DNA of 64,000 nt from an uncultured Verrucomicrobiae bacterium (GTDB taxonomy: Bacteria; Verrucomicrobiota; Verrucomicrobiia; Chthoniobacterales; JAFAMB01), in contig CAWEXO010000011.1 of assembly GCA_963813025.1 (NCBI GenBank), forward strand, positions 384,001 to 448,000, given 5' to 3'. The notes under the pieces were generated by a model. That model was not told the DNA's origin. It saw only the letters and a list, made by a program, of their open reading frames with translations, and ran no database searches. Shown piece by piece: positions 42,932-52,599 of this stretch; the first letter of the stretch is position 1, and the number at the start of each line of letters is the position of its first letter. A program made the translations under genes and the position numbers.

Positions 42932-43182
42932 AGTCGGCGCAGATACATCGATCGCCGCCAGGTTGGCGGCGAATATCGGGCGGGATCTTGAGAAAAATAT
43001 CGGAGGACTGCAATGGCGAAAACTGGCCGGCTCCGTGCAAGTCCTGCTAGTCCAGGCACGAAAGGTGGTTCGCGCGCTGCCGGGGAAGCGGAAGCTTGCC
43101 CCTGCCAGAGTGGGCGCTGTGAAAGAATCTCTAAATTCTCGCACGCCGGATGTCGGCCCAGGCCGCGTTCCGAGACAGTAGC

Positions 43183-44013
43183 CTAATTCTTGTCCGAGCG
43201 GCTCTCGCGCACAGCTCCCCCGTGATCACCTGCCCGCTTCGATGTGAATAAAATGCAGCCGCAGATGAAAACCGCGATAATCAATGAGGAACTGATGCGG
43301 CTGAGGTTGAACCCACCGTGCGCTGTCGGCTTCGTGAGAAGATCTCCCAGAGTCGCGCCGAGCGGACGCGTGAGGATGAACGCAGACCAAAACAACCATG
43401 TACGCGAGACGTTCGTTAGAAAATAGATAGCGGCGAGAACGCCTAGCGCCCCAAGGAAAACAATCGCTGAGCCTTCGTATCCCAACCCTGAATCATCAGC
43501 AAAAAAGTCTCCCAGGGCGGTTCCGAGGGTATTCGAAAAGAGAATCGTCGTCCAATAGAAGAGCTCCGCCTTGCGCGAGGTGATTTTGTTGACTGACACC
43601 GAACCCAGAGAAATCCTCCAGATTCCGAGGACACTCATCAGCATCACAAACAGCAGAATTGATCCTCCGATGTAGCCGATCCCCAGCGAACGATCGGCAA
43701 AATCGGCCATCGTCGTGCCGGCCGTAGTCGTGGCGACGATCACAGTCCAATACAGGAAAGGATGATAGGATTTGGCACCGATCTGGGCGGCAGCCGCAAC
43801 GATGAAAATCCCAAAGAAAATTACCGTACTGACGGCGTAGCCCAATTGCATGGTCATCGAAAGGGCATCTCCGCCGGTTTCGCCAAGCGTTGTCGCACAA
43901 ATCTTGATGATCCAAAAAAACAGTGTGACTTCAGGAATCTTGCTCAGGACAATTTCAGAAGCCCGTGCGCCGACGCTGGTTTTGGATTGAGGTGTTGTAT
44001 ATAACAAATTCAC
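43183..44013 (-). CDS. COG4705/DUF347 repeat membrane protein
   Basis: SKIPEVTLFFWIIKICATTLGETGGD, FILTRPLGATLGD; start approximate. Confidence 0.85.
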   Translation of the reverse strand: MNLLYTTPQSKTSVGARASEIVLSKIPEVTLFFWIIKICATTLGETGGDALSMTMQLGYAVSTVIFFGIFIVAAAAQIGAKSYHPFLYWTVIVATTTAGTTMADFADRSLGIGYIGGSILLFVMLMSVLGIWRISLGSVSVNKITSRKAELFYWTTILFSNTLGTALGDFFADDSGLGYEGSAIVFLGALGVLAAIYFLTNVSRTWLFWSAFILTRPLGATLGDLLTKPTAHGGFNLSRISSSLIIAVFICGCILFTSKRAGDHGGAVRESRSDKN

Positions 44014-44111
44014 AATGAATTTTCTTTTTTGTTTGTTGATCCGCGGAGACCGCCGCATCCCGCAGCTGACGCCCCATTGCAGTCAAGAGAACAGGTTTCG
44101 CTTAAGCGACG

Positions 44112-44138
44112 ATGAAACGGGAATGAAATCTTTTTCAT
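44112..44138. promoter_or_regulatory. CusR/CopR-box-like site
   Basis: ATGA at 44112 and 44123 (11-bp period); palindrome ATGAAA-TCTT-TTTCAT. Confidence 0.55.
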
Positions 44139-44210
44139 TTTCTCGGTGATAAGGTGATCGTCCGGCTTGTGCCGAGCCGGCGCCGGATAAACCCATATGG
44201 TCAACGGCGC

Positions 44211-45452
44211 TCAAATAAACAGAGCTTCGTAGTTGGAAAAGTTCTTGAGCACCGGTATACTCGGTACGGGATTCAGGGTGCGACCAGCCACCAAGCGCAA
44301 CCACCAATTCCCCCGAACGTAACGATCCTGCGGAACCAACTCAAAGCCCAGCTGCAGCTTCGGATTGTAGTTAAATGGCCCGTTCTGATAAGTCCGGATG
44401 CCCCTGCGCGCACACCATTCATGAAGATCTCGCAACACCAAAAAATAGAGCTGCGAGTCCAGTGCGTTTTCATGGTCAAAGGCGGTATCAAGATCGTAGA
44501 GGACGTCGCCATGCACCAGACAAAACTTGAACGCGACCATCTCGCCCCCCTGACGCCAAACGAAGCAGCGGACCTTCTCGGTCAACCTTTCGGCCAGAGC
44601 GAGTAGATACTCCCGCGAGAGCGCATTGAATGAAAGCTTCGCGTGAGCGCATAGCCGCTCGTGCAGGCGGAAGATCTCGTCGACGACACCGCCTATCTCT
44701 TCGGGCATCTCCATTGTCACGGGAGCCTTTAGCGAGATCGCCCGCCACGCTCGCCATAGGTTTCTCCGGTGCATTTTGCTCAACTGTTGAGCAACTAAGT
44801 CGTCAAATGTTCTCAGTCCGATTGCGAGACGAGTCGACGGCAACGCCGGTAGGCGGACAAAACCGCGACTGGTAAAGGTGGTGAGCATGGAACGGTCCTC
44901 GGCCGGGAAATTCCCCAGTAATATCAGGTTAATGCTCGCATCGCGGCTGAATTGCATCAGGGCGTCGTATAAAGCGCGCGGTACCCAGGTTTGCTTTCGA
45001 TCGATTCGGCTCTCCCCTGCAGGATTTCCGACTGTCAGGATGCGTGCAGTGAGAAAATGCGGCCATCGCTGTCGGAAGGACCCAAGGAGCCGGCGCAACC
45101 GCCGGGACCATCCTACGGTCAGATCGTGGCGCGAAATAACGAAAGGTTGAACGGCAAAAGACACGAGATGGCGGTTCTCGAGAACAAAATATCGCTGATT
45201 TAGCCGGCTCCCCTTGGTTTCTTCGGTCACCTCAAAAAATCGATGGTCATGCGGAGCGTTGTTGAAGGCCGAATGCCAAATGTTGGGCAGAATATCGCGC
45301 CAGGATTCGACTACCCAAGTGCGACCGCACGCGGTGAAGGCGGACCAAACGGCCTTGGTTACTCCAGTGTCGGAAATACACGTGCGAGCGCGAGTTGAGG
45401 TGACGCTGGGAATGGCCTCGGGAATGCCTCTTTCACGGTAAAAGTCCATCAT
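44211..45452 (-). CDS. GNAT/FemAB-like acyltransferase (start uncertain; ORF open to 45551)
   Basis: RRNLWR...VAFKFCL...LYF...YNPKLQLGF pattern of tandem GNAT proteins. Confidence 0.7.
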   Translation of the reverse strand: MMDFYRERGIPEAIPSVTSTRARTCISDTGVTKAVWSAFTACGRTWVVESWRDILPNIWHSAFNNAPHDHRFFEVTEETKGSRLNQRYFVLENRHLVSFAVQPFVISRHDLTVGWSRRLRRLLGSFRQRWPHFLTARILTVGNPAGESRIDRKQTWVPRALYDALMQFSRDASINLILLGNFPAEDRSMLTTFTSRGFVRLPALPSTRLAIGLRTFDDLVAQQLSKMHRRNLWRAWRAISLKAPVTMEMPEEIGGVVDEIFRLHERLCAHAKLSFNALSREYLLALAERLTEKVRCFVWRQGGEMVAFKFCLVHGDVLYDLDTAFDHENALDSQLYFLVLRDLHEWCARRGIRTYQNGPFNYNPKLQLGFELVPQDRYVRGNWWLRLVAGRTLNPVPSIPVLKNFSNYEALFI

Positions 45453-45544
45453 GGCCGGCGCAGACCTTCCTGGAGAGGTGGCCGGATCATTAACTGAAAC
45501 CGGAGAACCAACGACTCTCACACGTTCTCCGCTAGGCGCCGAGC

Positions 45545-45583
45545 ATGACACAACGATGAACGCTAGATGAAAAGATTGTCATC
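45545..45583. promoter_or_regulatory. CusR/CopR-box-like site
   Basis: ATGA at 45545, 45556 and 45567; GATGAAAAGATTGTCATC resembles ATGACAA-NN-TTGTCAT. Confidence 0.65.
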
Positions 45584-45641
45584 TTGCCATGAGTGTGAAG
45601 ATGGATTGGCGCGCTCCCAGTCCCTGGAGGTATTGTGAGGG

Positions 45642-46316
45642 GTGCGCGTGCTTGTTGTAGAGGATGATCTCCGCGTAGCGCAGTTTCTCCGGAAGGCTCT
45701 GGCCGAAGAGAATTTTAATGTCACTGTTTCCCAACACGGCGATGAGGCGGACGCGCTGCTGCGCGAGCAGCTATTCGATGCCGTCGTCCTTGACGTTATG
45801 CTCCCGGGCCGGGACGGACTAAGTATCGTTCGCAGGTTACGGCAGGGCTTGAACGCAGTGCCCGTGCTACTTCTTACTGCGCGATCGTCGGTCGCAGAGC
45901 GGGTGGACGGGTTGAACGCTGGCGCTGACGATTACCTGGTCAAGCCGTTTTCGTCCGACGAGCTGGTTGCGCGAGTCCGTGCCCTGATCCGGCGCTCCAG
46001 TGGAGAAACCTTCAGCTTTTTTAAGGTGGCCGATCTTGTGATACGGCCGGCTGAACGGATCGTAGAGCGAAGCGGCGCCCGGCTTGAACTGACGGCGCGC
46101 GAATTCGGTTTGCTCGAACTTCTGGTCAGGCACCCGGGACGGGTATTCACCCGGACACAGATTTGCGAACGAGTCTGGGATTACAGCTTCGATCCGGGCT
46201 CAAATCTCGTTGATGTGTATGTCCAGCGACTGCGACGAAAGGTAGATAACGGTTTCAGCCCCAAACTCATCCACACCGTGCGTGGCACGGGTTACAAGGT
46301 GTCGGAACAACCATGA
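45642..46316 (+). CDS. OmpR-family response regulator (CusR/CopR-like)
   Basis: LVVEDD, LDVMLP, GADDYLVKPF, NLVDVYVQRLRRK, LIHTVRG. Confidence 0.92.
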   Translation: MRVLVVEDDLRVAQFLRKALAEENFNVTVSQHGDEADALLREQLFDAVVLDVMLPGRDGLSIVRRLRQGLNAVPVLLLTARSSVAERVDGLNAGADDYLVKPFSSDELVARVRALIRRSSGETFSFFKVADLVIRPAERIVERSGARLELTAREFGLLELLVRHPGRVFTRTQICERVWDYSFDPGSNLVDVYVQRLRRKVDNGFSPKLIHTVRGTGYKVSEQP

Positions 46317-47473
46317 AGCCTCGTTCATTAAGGTCACGGTTTGCTATTTTCTGCGCATTGCTGGTGGCCGGTACCCTGGTTGTGTTCGCCGGGTTATCGG
46401 CGGCCCTCTTCTACCACGAACAGCTAGAGGCATTTTCGGAGGACCACACCGTCGTGCCTTCGGCGGATGACCGAAGCGAAGCGTGGGAAGGTGGGCTCAC
46501 GTTAGTTTCCTCGTACGCCCTTCTGTTGCCCGCCGCTGCCTTGGGTTCGGCGGCAATCGGGTGGTTTTTTGCAACGCGGTTCCTGCGCCATCTGACACAA
46601 CTGGCGGACTCCGCAGATCGAATCTCCATACACAATCTGCAAGATCGGTTAGAGGTGCCGGCAACGCTGGACGAAGTCTCGCGACTGACTAAGGCCATGA
46701 ATGAGCTGTTGGGGCGTTTGGAGGCAAGTATCACTCAAATTAAACGCTTTACTGCCGACGCTTCGCACGAACTGCGGATGCCGCTCACTGTAATGAAGTG
46801 CGAAGTGGAGGCCTTGCTGCGCGACGGTACGAGTGGTTTCTCGCCAGATGCCGGCGAACGACTTTTGCTCGAGATCAACCGGCTGACGCGCTTGTGCGAG
46901 TCGCTGCTATTCCTGGCGCGGGCCGATGCCGACGAGGTTGACTTTGACCCGCGCGGGGTAAATCTCTCTGCACTCGGGCTGGAACTACTCGAAGATGCGC
47001 AGGCATTGGCCGAGTCGTGGCAGATCAAAGTCGACGCGCTCATCGAACCGGATGTTCAAATAACTGGCGACCTGCAACTCGTCCGTCGCCTTCTGCAGAA
47101 TCTTTTGGATAACGCGGTGAAACACAACGTGAACCATGGCTGGATTCGTTTCTCAATTGGCGTGCGGGAGAAATATGGCAGCCTCGTCATTGCGAACTCC
47201 GGAACGCCAATACCCCCGGGCGAACAAACACGACTATTCCAGCGCTTTCATCGTGTCGATCCCGTGCGTGCAACGAACGGTTCCGGCGCAGGCCTTGGCC
47301 TGAGTATCTGCCGAGAGATCGTAGCCTTGCACGGCGGCAGCATCAGCTTGATCTCGTCCAACGCGAATGAGACTTCGTTCCAGGTGCTCCTGCCGTTGCA
47401 GGGACGGGAGATCGACGGGATCAGCGACTTGGATGAGACCGCTGAGCTCGAGCGTGCGGGAACGGTGACCTAG
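46313..47473 (+). CDS. Sensor histidine kinase (HAMP-HisKA-HATPase)
   Basis: FTADASHELRMPL, NLLDNAVK, GAGLGLSI. Confidence 0.92.
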   Translation: MKPRSLRSRFAIFCALLVAGTLVVFAGLSAALFYHEQLEAFSEDHTVVPSADDRSEAWEGGLTLVSSYALLLPAAALGSAAIGWFFATRFLRHLTQLADSADRISIHNLQDRLEVPATLDEVSRLTKAMNELLGRLEASITQIKRFTADASHELRMPLTVMKCEVEALLRDGTSGFSPDAGERLLLEINRLTRLCESLLFLARADADEVDFDPRGVNLSALGLELLEDAQALAESWQIKVDALIEPDVQITGDLQLVRRLLQNLLDNAVKHNVNHGWIRFSIGVREKYGSLVIANSGTPIPPGEQTRLFQRFHRVDPVRATNGSGAGLGLSICREIVALHGGSISLISSNANETSFQVLLPLQGREIDGISDLDETAELERAGTVT

Positions 47474-48598
47474 TGCCTAATTGCGTAAGTTAGTTATATG
47501 TATGGCGACTTTCCCCTGATGTACCTGGGATTTGGTCCATTCGAAGGGAGCCGCATTGTTATTGTAGTTCTTGATGAAGGTGTCGATGGCGTTGCGCAGC
47601 TCTGCCACGCTGGTGAAGTTTGCCCCCTGGAGGGCTTGGCGGCTCAAGATACTAAACCAGATCTCAATCTGGTTGAGCCAAGAAGCGTGGGTTGGAGTGA
47701 AATGAAAATGCACATTGGGGTGAGCCTTCAACCAGCGATCTTGCTTTGGCTTATGGGTCGCAAGGTTGTCTAAGACCACATGAATTTCTTTGTCGAGATT
47801 TCCGGCAACTACCTGGTTCATAAACTCCAGGAATTCCCGTCGGCGCTGGCGCCGGTAATGACCAGCCTGCACTTGGCCGCTGGCAATGTTGAGGGCGGCA
47901 AAGAGAGTGGAGGTGCCATGGCGCTTGTACTCGTGGCTAAAACCCGTCAGCGCCCTGCCATTGGGCAAGCGAATCCAACCTTGGGCTCTTTCCAGGGCTT
48001 GAATGGCTGGTTTTTCATCAATGGCCAAGATGAGCGCATTCTGGGGCGGATTGAGATAAAGACCGACAATGTCAGCGGCCTTGCGCACAAACTCCGGATC
48101 GGTGGAAATGCACCAGCTGCGGCGCCGTTCCAATTCAATGCCTTGTTGGCGCAAAATGCGCCAGACTTGATCGGAGGAAACATCGGCCAGACTCTGCGCC
48201 AGCAGTCGCCCATTCCAGCGCCCGTAGCCCGCCGGTGGATCTTCATCCAGCAGCGCCAAGACCCGCTTGACCGTCATTTGATCATACTTGGCCGGCTTTC
48301 CACTGCGTGGCGCGTCTTCCAAGCCAGCCAGGCCTTGGCGCACAAAGCGCCGCCGCCATTTACTCACCGTCACCTCGGGAATGCGCAGGCTCTTGGCAAT
48401 CGCACGTCCACTCAAGCCCGCTGCCGCCTTCAAGATAATCTGACTCCTGACCTTGAGCCGGTGTTCGACCCGTTGCGCTCGACTCCAACCCTCCAAGAGC
48501 TTGCGGTTTTCCACAGAAAGTTTGATGCAACCCATTGCCATCCATCCAACAAATCATAATTTTTCATAAATATAAAGAACTAAAGCAACTAAGTACTA
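47471..48598 (-). mobile_element. IS630-family element, copy 2 (transposase 47477-48541)
   Basis: Near-identical to 17192-18319; CTAG at both ends. Confidence 0.95.
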
Positions 48599-48814
48599 GT
48601 GCACCATCTCTCATCTAGTGATGCCATCGTTGCGTTTCAAAATGGGCCGCCGGCAAGGCGGTCCGGGCCGGACTGGCAATAGGAGGGCGCATATCTGATT
48701 CGATCCGTAACCGAGGAGCAACGCAGCCGCCGGCCTATTTTCTTTCAGCTCTTCGGAGCGGCCGGCGGGTCCGCCGAAACTTCGCCAGCAGCGTACCGCA
48801 AAAAAGATCCCCCG

Positions 48815-49933
48815 TTAGCCCAGCAACAAAATCGGCCGGTTCGTCGATCGCAAGTAAAGCAGTACCAGACCGAGCAGCAGGAAGGTCGCGGCCGGCGTCC
48901 AGGCCGAGACGAACGGATCGATCCTGGCACCCTGACCAAGCGCCAGGAACACGTTTGTACTGGCGAATAGGCCAATAAACAGAAAGAGGCCACCCGCCAC
49001 TCCACCAAGAGCGCCTCGACGCGAAAAGGCGACACACATTGGGGCCGCCACCAGAATTACCGCGACCGCGTTCCAGGGAAGGGCAAACCTGTACCAGAGC
49101 TGCGTGCGGTACTCGGCCAAACTCGCTTCCGGAAAATCGGAATTCACCCGCAGATACTCCATCAATTGCGGGACAGTCATCATCTTCCCTTTCAACGCTG
49201 AGCTGCCGAGCTGCCAGATGGTTTCAGGCCAGCCGCTGAGTTCTTTGCGCTCGAAGTATTCCTCTCCGGTCACCTCCCCGCTTGGATCCACCCGGGTAAT
49301 CTTACCGTTAAAAAAGACCCAGAGATTGCGCACCGTGTCGTGCGCGGCACGCTCGGCGTAGATCTTGTAGAGTATGGTGCCTGAACTGTCTTCCTGGGTG
49401 ACCTGAACGCCGCGCACCTCTCCGAGCTTGGTGTTCAGATGCTGGATAAACCACATCCGGTGGTCGGTCCGGTTTCGGAAAAGATGGCCGTCAAGCTGCG
49501 TCGTCTTCGATCGTCCCTTGGCCACCTCATCGATCATATAGTTTTCCGCGTATTGACCACGTGGCGCCAGCTCATAGTTCAAATAGGTACAAGCAGCGGT
49601 CGCCAAAATGCCAAACCCGATCAGTGGCAGGAGAACGCGGGATACACTCACTCCGGCAGTCATCATCGAGACGATCTCGTTCCGGCGCGACATCCGCGTG
49701 AGCACATACAAGAGCCCGAGTAAGATCGCTAAGGGCAGCCAGGTCACCACGACGTAAGGCAGTTGGGTCAGATAATACAGTGCGATGAATCCGATCTTCA
49801 GGTGATTATCTTGAAAGTTCGCCGTGTTTTCGCCCAGATCATAGATGAGCCAGATCGCGATCATCCCGAACAAGGCAAGAAAAAACGGCACCAGAAAATT
49901 CTTCAGCAGGTAACGGTCAAAAATCCGAAACAC
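48815..49933 (-). CDS. LptF/LptG-family LPS export permease
   Basis: IFDRYLLKNF, RRNEIVSMMTAGVS, SAWTP. Confidence 0.88.
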   Translation of the reverse strand: MFRIFDRYLLKNFLVPFFLALFGMIAIWLIYDLGENTANFQDNHLKIGFIALYYLTQLPYVVVTWLPLAILLGLLYVLTRMSRRNEIVSMMTAGVSVSRVLLPLIGFGILATAACTYLNYELAPRGQYAENYMIDEVAKGRSKTTQLDGHLFRNRTDHRMWFIQHLNTKLGEVRGVQVTQEDSSGTILYKIYAERAAHDTVRNLWVFFNGKITRVDPSGEVTGEEYFERKELSGWPETIWQLGSSALKGKMMTVPQLMEYLRVNSDFPEASLAEYRTQLWYRFALPWNAVAVILVAAPMCVAFSRRGALGGVAGGLFLFIGLFASTNVFLALGQGARIDPFVSAWTPAATFLLLGLVLLYLRSTNRPILLLG

Positions 49934-49964
49934 TCCGGGACCTTACTCAACTCTGATTGCCCCG

Positions 49965-50081
49965 CAATCAAAGCGGCGGGAGCGGTGGGAGCGGAGGTAC
50001 ATGCCCCCTGCTCGAATCCGACAGCTGATCAGCTACCTCCCCCCGCTGAACCCGCTCCCACCGCTCCCGCCGCTTTGGTTG
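49965..50081. repeat. 30-bp inverted repeat element between divergent genes
   Basis: caatcaaagcggcgggagcggtgggagcgg / ccgctcccaccgctcccgccgctttggttg. Confidence 0.85.
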
Positions 50082-50118
50082 ACTGACCACTGCTCAGCTG
50101 CTTACCTGCCTTCTCCGC

Positions 50119-52095
50119 GTGATCGCCTTTCGCCAAGACTCCGAACCAGAGTTCAGGTGCCAAGTCCAGGCTCTGTTCGGTCCCAAAGGCGCGCTTTCGG
50201 GTCAGGCCCGTTTTGAGTACCGGCCGCAACAACAAAAAATGGCGGTATCGATCGCGCAAACCCTGGAACGCCAAGAGCATCTGGTCATCGAAGCCGGTAC
50301 CGGCGTTGGCAAGTCATTAGCCTATCTGGTTCCTTCCGTACTTCTAGCTCTCGAGGACAACCGCAAAGCGATTATCTCGACCCACACGATCAACCTTCAG
50401 GAACAGCTTTTGCAGAAAGATATTCCCGCAGTGCGAAAGTTGATCAAACAGCCTTTCCAGGCTGCGCTGCTGAAGGGCAGGCAGAATTACCTTTGCCCGA
50501 ATCGTCTCGATCGTGCGCTGCAGCTGCAGGCGGACCTTTTCGACGGATCGCAGCAAAAAGAGTTGCTTCGCCTGAAGGAGTGGAGCCAACGAACCACTGA
50601 AGGCACCTTAAGTGATCTCGATATTGAGCCTGATCCAAACGTTTGGGGCCAGGTTTGCAGCGAACCCCACATCTGCACTCCGAACAGTTGCGGCACCGAT
50701 GACCGTTGCTTTTACCAAAAGGCTCGTAAAAAGCTTTTGACCGCCGATCTCATCGTCCTAAACCACACCCTCCTTCTGCTGGCGATGCAGGCAGCGGCGG
50801 ACAACGAGCATCGGTCAGGTTATTTGTTTCCGCGAGATTTTCTTATCCTGGATGAAGCGCACACGATCGAATCAGTGGCCGCTCGGCAGATCGGTCTGGG
50901 TATCTCACAGTACGGCTTAAGGCAAACTCTCTACCGGCTCTACAACCCGAAGACGCAGAAAGGATTGTTTCAACTTTTGCGCGCGGCGGATTCGGTGCGC
51001 GAAACCACGCAAACCTGTGAATTGCTGGACCAGTTCTTCGCTTCGCTGGATCAGGCGGCCGACTTTCGCAAAGGTCGTGAGTTTCGGGTTCGCCGACCCG
51101 ACCTGGTTCCGGACAACGCCACCGTTGCCCTGGCCCGGGTACAAGCAGCCGTGGTTGCGGCCGTCAAGGGAGTGGACGACGAGAAACTGCGGGCTGAATT
51201 ACAGGACCTGGGCAGGCGCATTCGCGATGCTCGAGCCGGGATCTCTGACTTTTTGCGGCAAGCAGCCGAGAACCACGTCTACTGGATTGAGCGAACCGGC
51301 AAGGTCCGGCAACAGCTCTCTCTTCACGCTGTACCCGTCGATATCGCGCCAGTTCTGAAACACCTTTTCTTTTCAGAAGGGCAAAGCTGTGTGATGACCA
51401 GTGCAACTCTGGCCGTGGCCGCCGGTTCGCTTGATTACTTCCGCAAACGCGTAGGGGCTTCGGAGGTCACCGGGTGCCAGATCGGCAGTCCCTTCGACTT
51501 TGGGAAACAAATGAAGCTGTATGTGGTGAGCAAGATGCCCGAGCCGCGCGAGAGCGACTATGAAGCCGCTTTGCAGCATTGGATTTGGCATTTTCTCGAA
51601 AAAACACAGGGTCGCGCCTTTGTCCTCTTTACCAGCTATAAGACGATGACCAGCCTGACCCAGCGAATGGCGCCGAAACTGGAGAAGAAGTTCACCTTTC
51701 TGGTTCAAGGTCAAGGCGTTCCGCGCAGCCGGATGCTCGCCCGGTTCCGGGAAGCAAAGAACGGCGTCCTCTTCGGGACGGACAGCTTTTGGACCGGGGT
51801 GGATGTGCCTGGTGACGCGCTCTCCAACGTGATGATTACCCGTTTGCCCTTCGCCGTGCCCGATCATCCGCTCATCGAGGCGAAACTGGAATTGATCGCG
51901 GCCGCGGGTGGCGATCCTTTCACTGAGTTCTCGCTTCCCGAAGCGATTCTCAAGATGCGCCAAGGGGTTGGCCGGCTGATTCGGTCCACCAAGGATCGCG
52001 GTATCGTGGTGATTCTGGATAACCGCATTCTGAACAAGCCGTACGGGCGCGCCTTTCTCGAGGCTTTGCCAAAGTGCCCGCTTGAGATTGTCTGA
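50119..52095 (+). CDS. DinG/YoaA-family ATP-dependent helicase
   Basis: EAGTGVGKS, KGRQNYLC and Fe-S cysteines, DEAH, QGVGRLIRS. Confidence 0.92.
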   Translation: MIAFRQDSEPEFRCQVQALFGPKGALSGQARFEYRPQQQKMAVSIAQTLERQEHLVIEAGTGVGKSLAYLVPSVLLALEDNRKAIISTHTINLQEQLLQKDIPAVRKLIKQPFQAALLKGRQNYLCPNRLDRALQLQADLFDGSQQKELLRLKEWSQRTTEGTLSDLDIEPDPNVWGQVCSEPHICTPNSCGTDDRCFYQKARKKLLTADLIVLNHTLLLLAMQAAADNEHRSGYLFPRDFLILDEAHTIESVAARQIGLGISQYGLRQTLYRLYNPKTQKGLFQLLRAADSVRETTQTCELLDQFFASLDQAADFRKGREFRVRRPDLVPDNATVALARVQAAVVAAVKGVDDEKLRAELQDLGRRIRDARAGISDFLRQAAENHVYWIERTGKVRQQLSLHAVPVDIAPVLKHLFFSEGQSCVMTSATLAVAAGSLDYFRKRVGASEVTGCQIGSPFDFGKQMKLYVVSKMPEPRESDYEAALQHWIWHFLEKTQGRAFVLFTSYKTMTSLTQRMAPKLEKKFTFLVQGQGVPRSRMLARFREAKNGVLFGTDSFWTGVDVPGDALSNVMITRLPFAVPDHPLIEAKLELIAAAGGDPFTEFSLPEAILKMRQGVGRLIRSTKDRGIVVILDNRILNKPYGRAFLEALPKCPLEIV

Positions 52096-52379
52096 TAATT
52101 ACCAGGAGCAAAACCTGACGCACGAGGCGGCACGCCTTACGTAACGCGGAACTTGTCGCGCCGTAGTGCCGCGAAGCGGGCACGTAGGGGGACGGCCCTC
52201 GGGAGTGTCGGACCTTGGGTAATGTGTAGCGCGCGCAATCGAGCTTTCGTTCTGAAAGCAGGTTAGTGAGTTGTCCCAACGCGTCTTTGGTCCTCTAGCT
52301 AGTTCCCCAGAACTCTGCGCGTTCTTTTTGCGGCAAGAAACACTGGATTGATTGCCTTGGGCATCTCGACGTAGAAAGT

Positions 52380-52590
52380 AGGCAGCAGTGGGTCGGCAGT
52401 TAAGACCGGTGTGGCATTGGAGCTTTATGCCCGATAGCTAGTTTGGTTCCGAGCGTTTTGGTTGTTGCATTAGCGAAGCTCCAGATCGGGTTGTTTGCCG
52501 ATCTGGAGCTATCCTGTTTAGGAGATTTCTCTCTATCTACCAACTCGGGCCGATGCGCTGCAGTGTGAAAGCAAGAACAACATCTAACCC
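52380..52590 (+). ncRNA. Candidate IS110 bridge RNA
   Basis: Non-coding, strong hairpin agctccagatcgg/ccgatctggagct, short matches to both junctions; inferred from position. Confidence 0.45.
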
Positions 52591-52599
52591 AAGAGAGGT

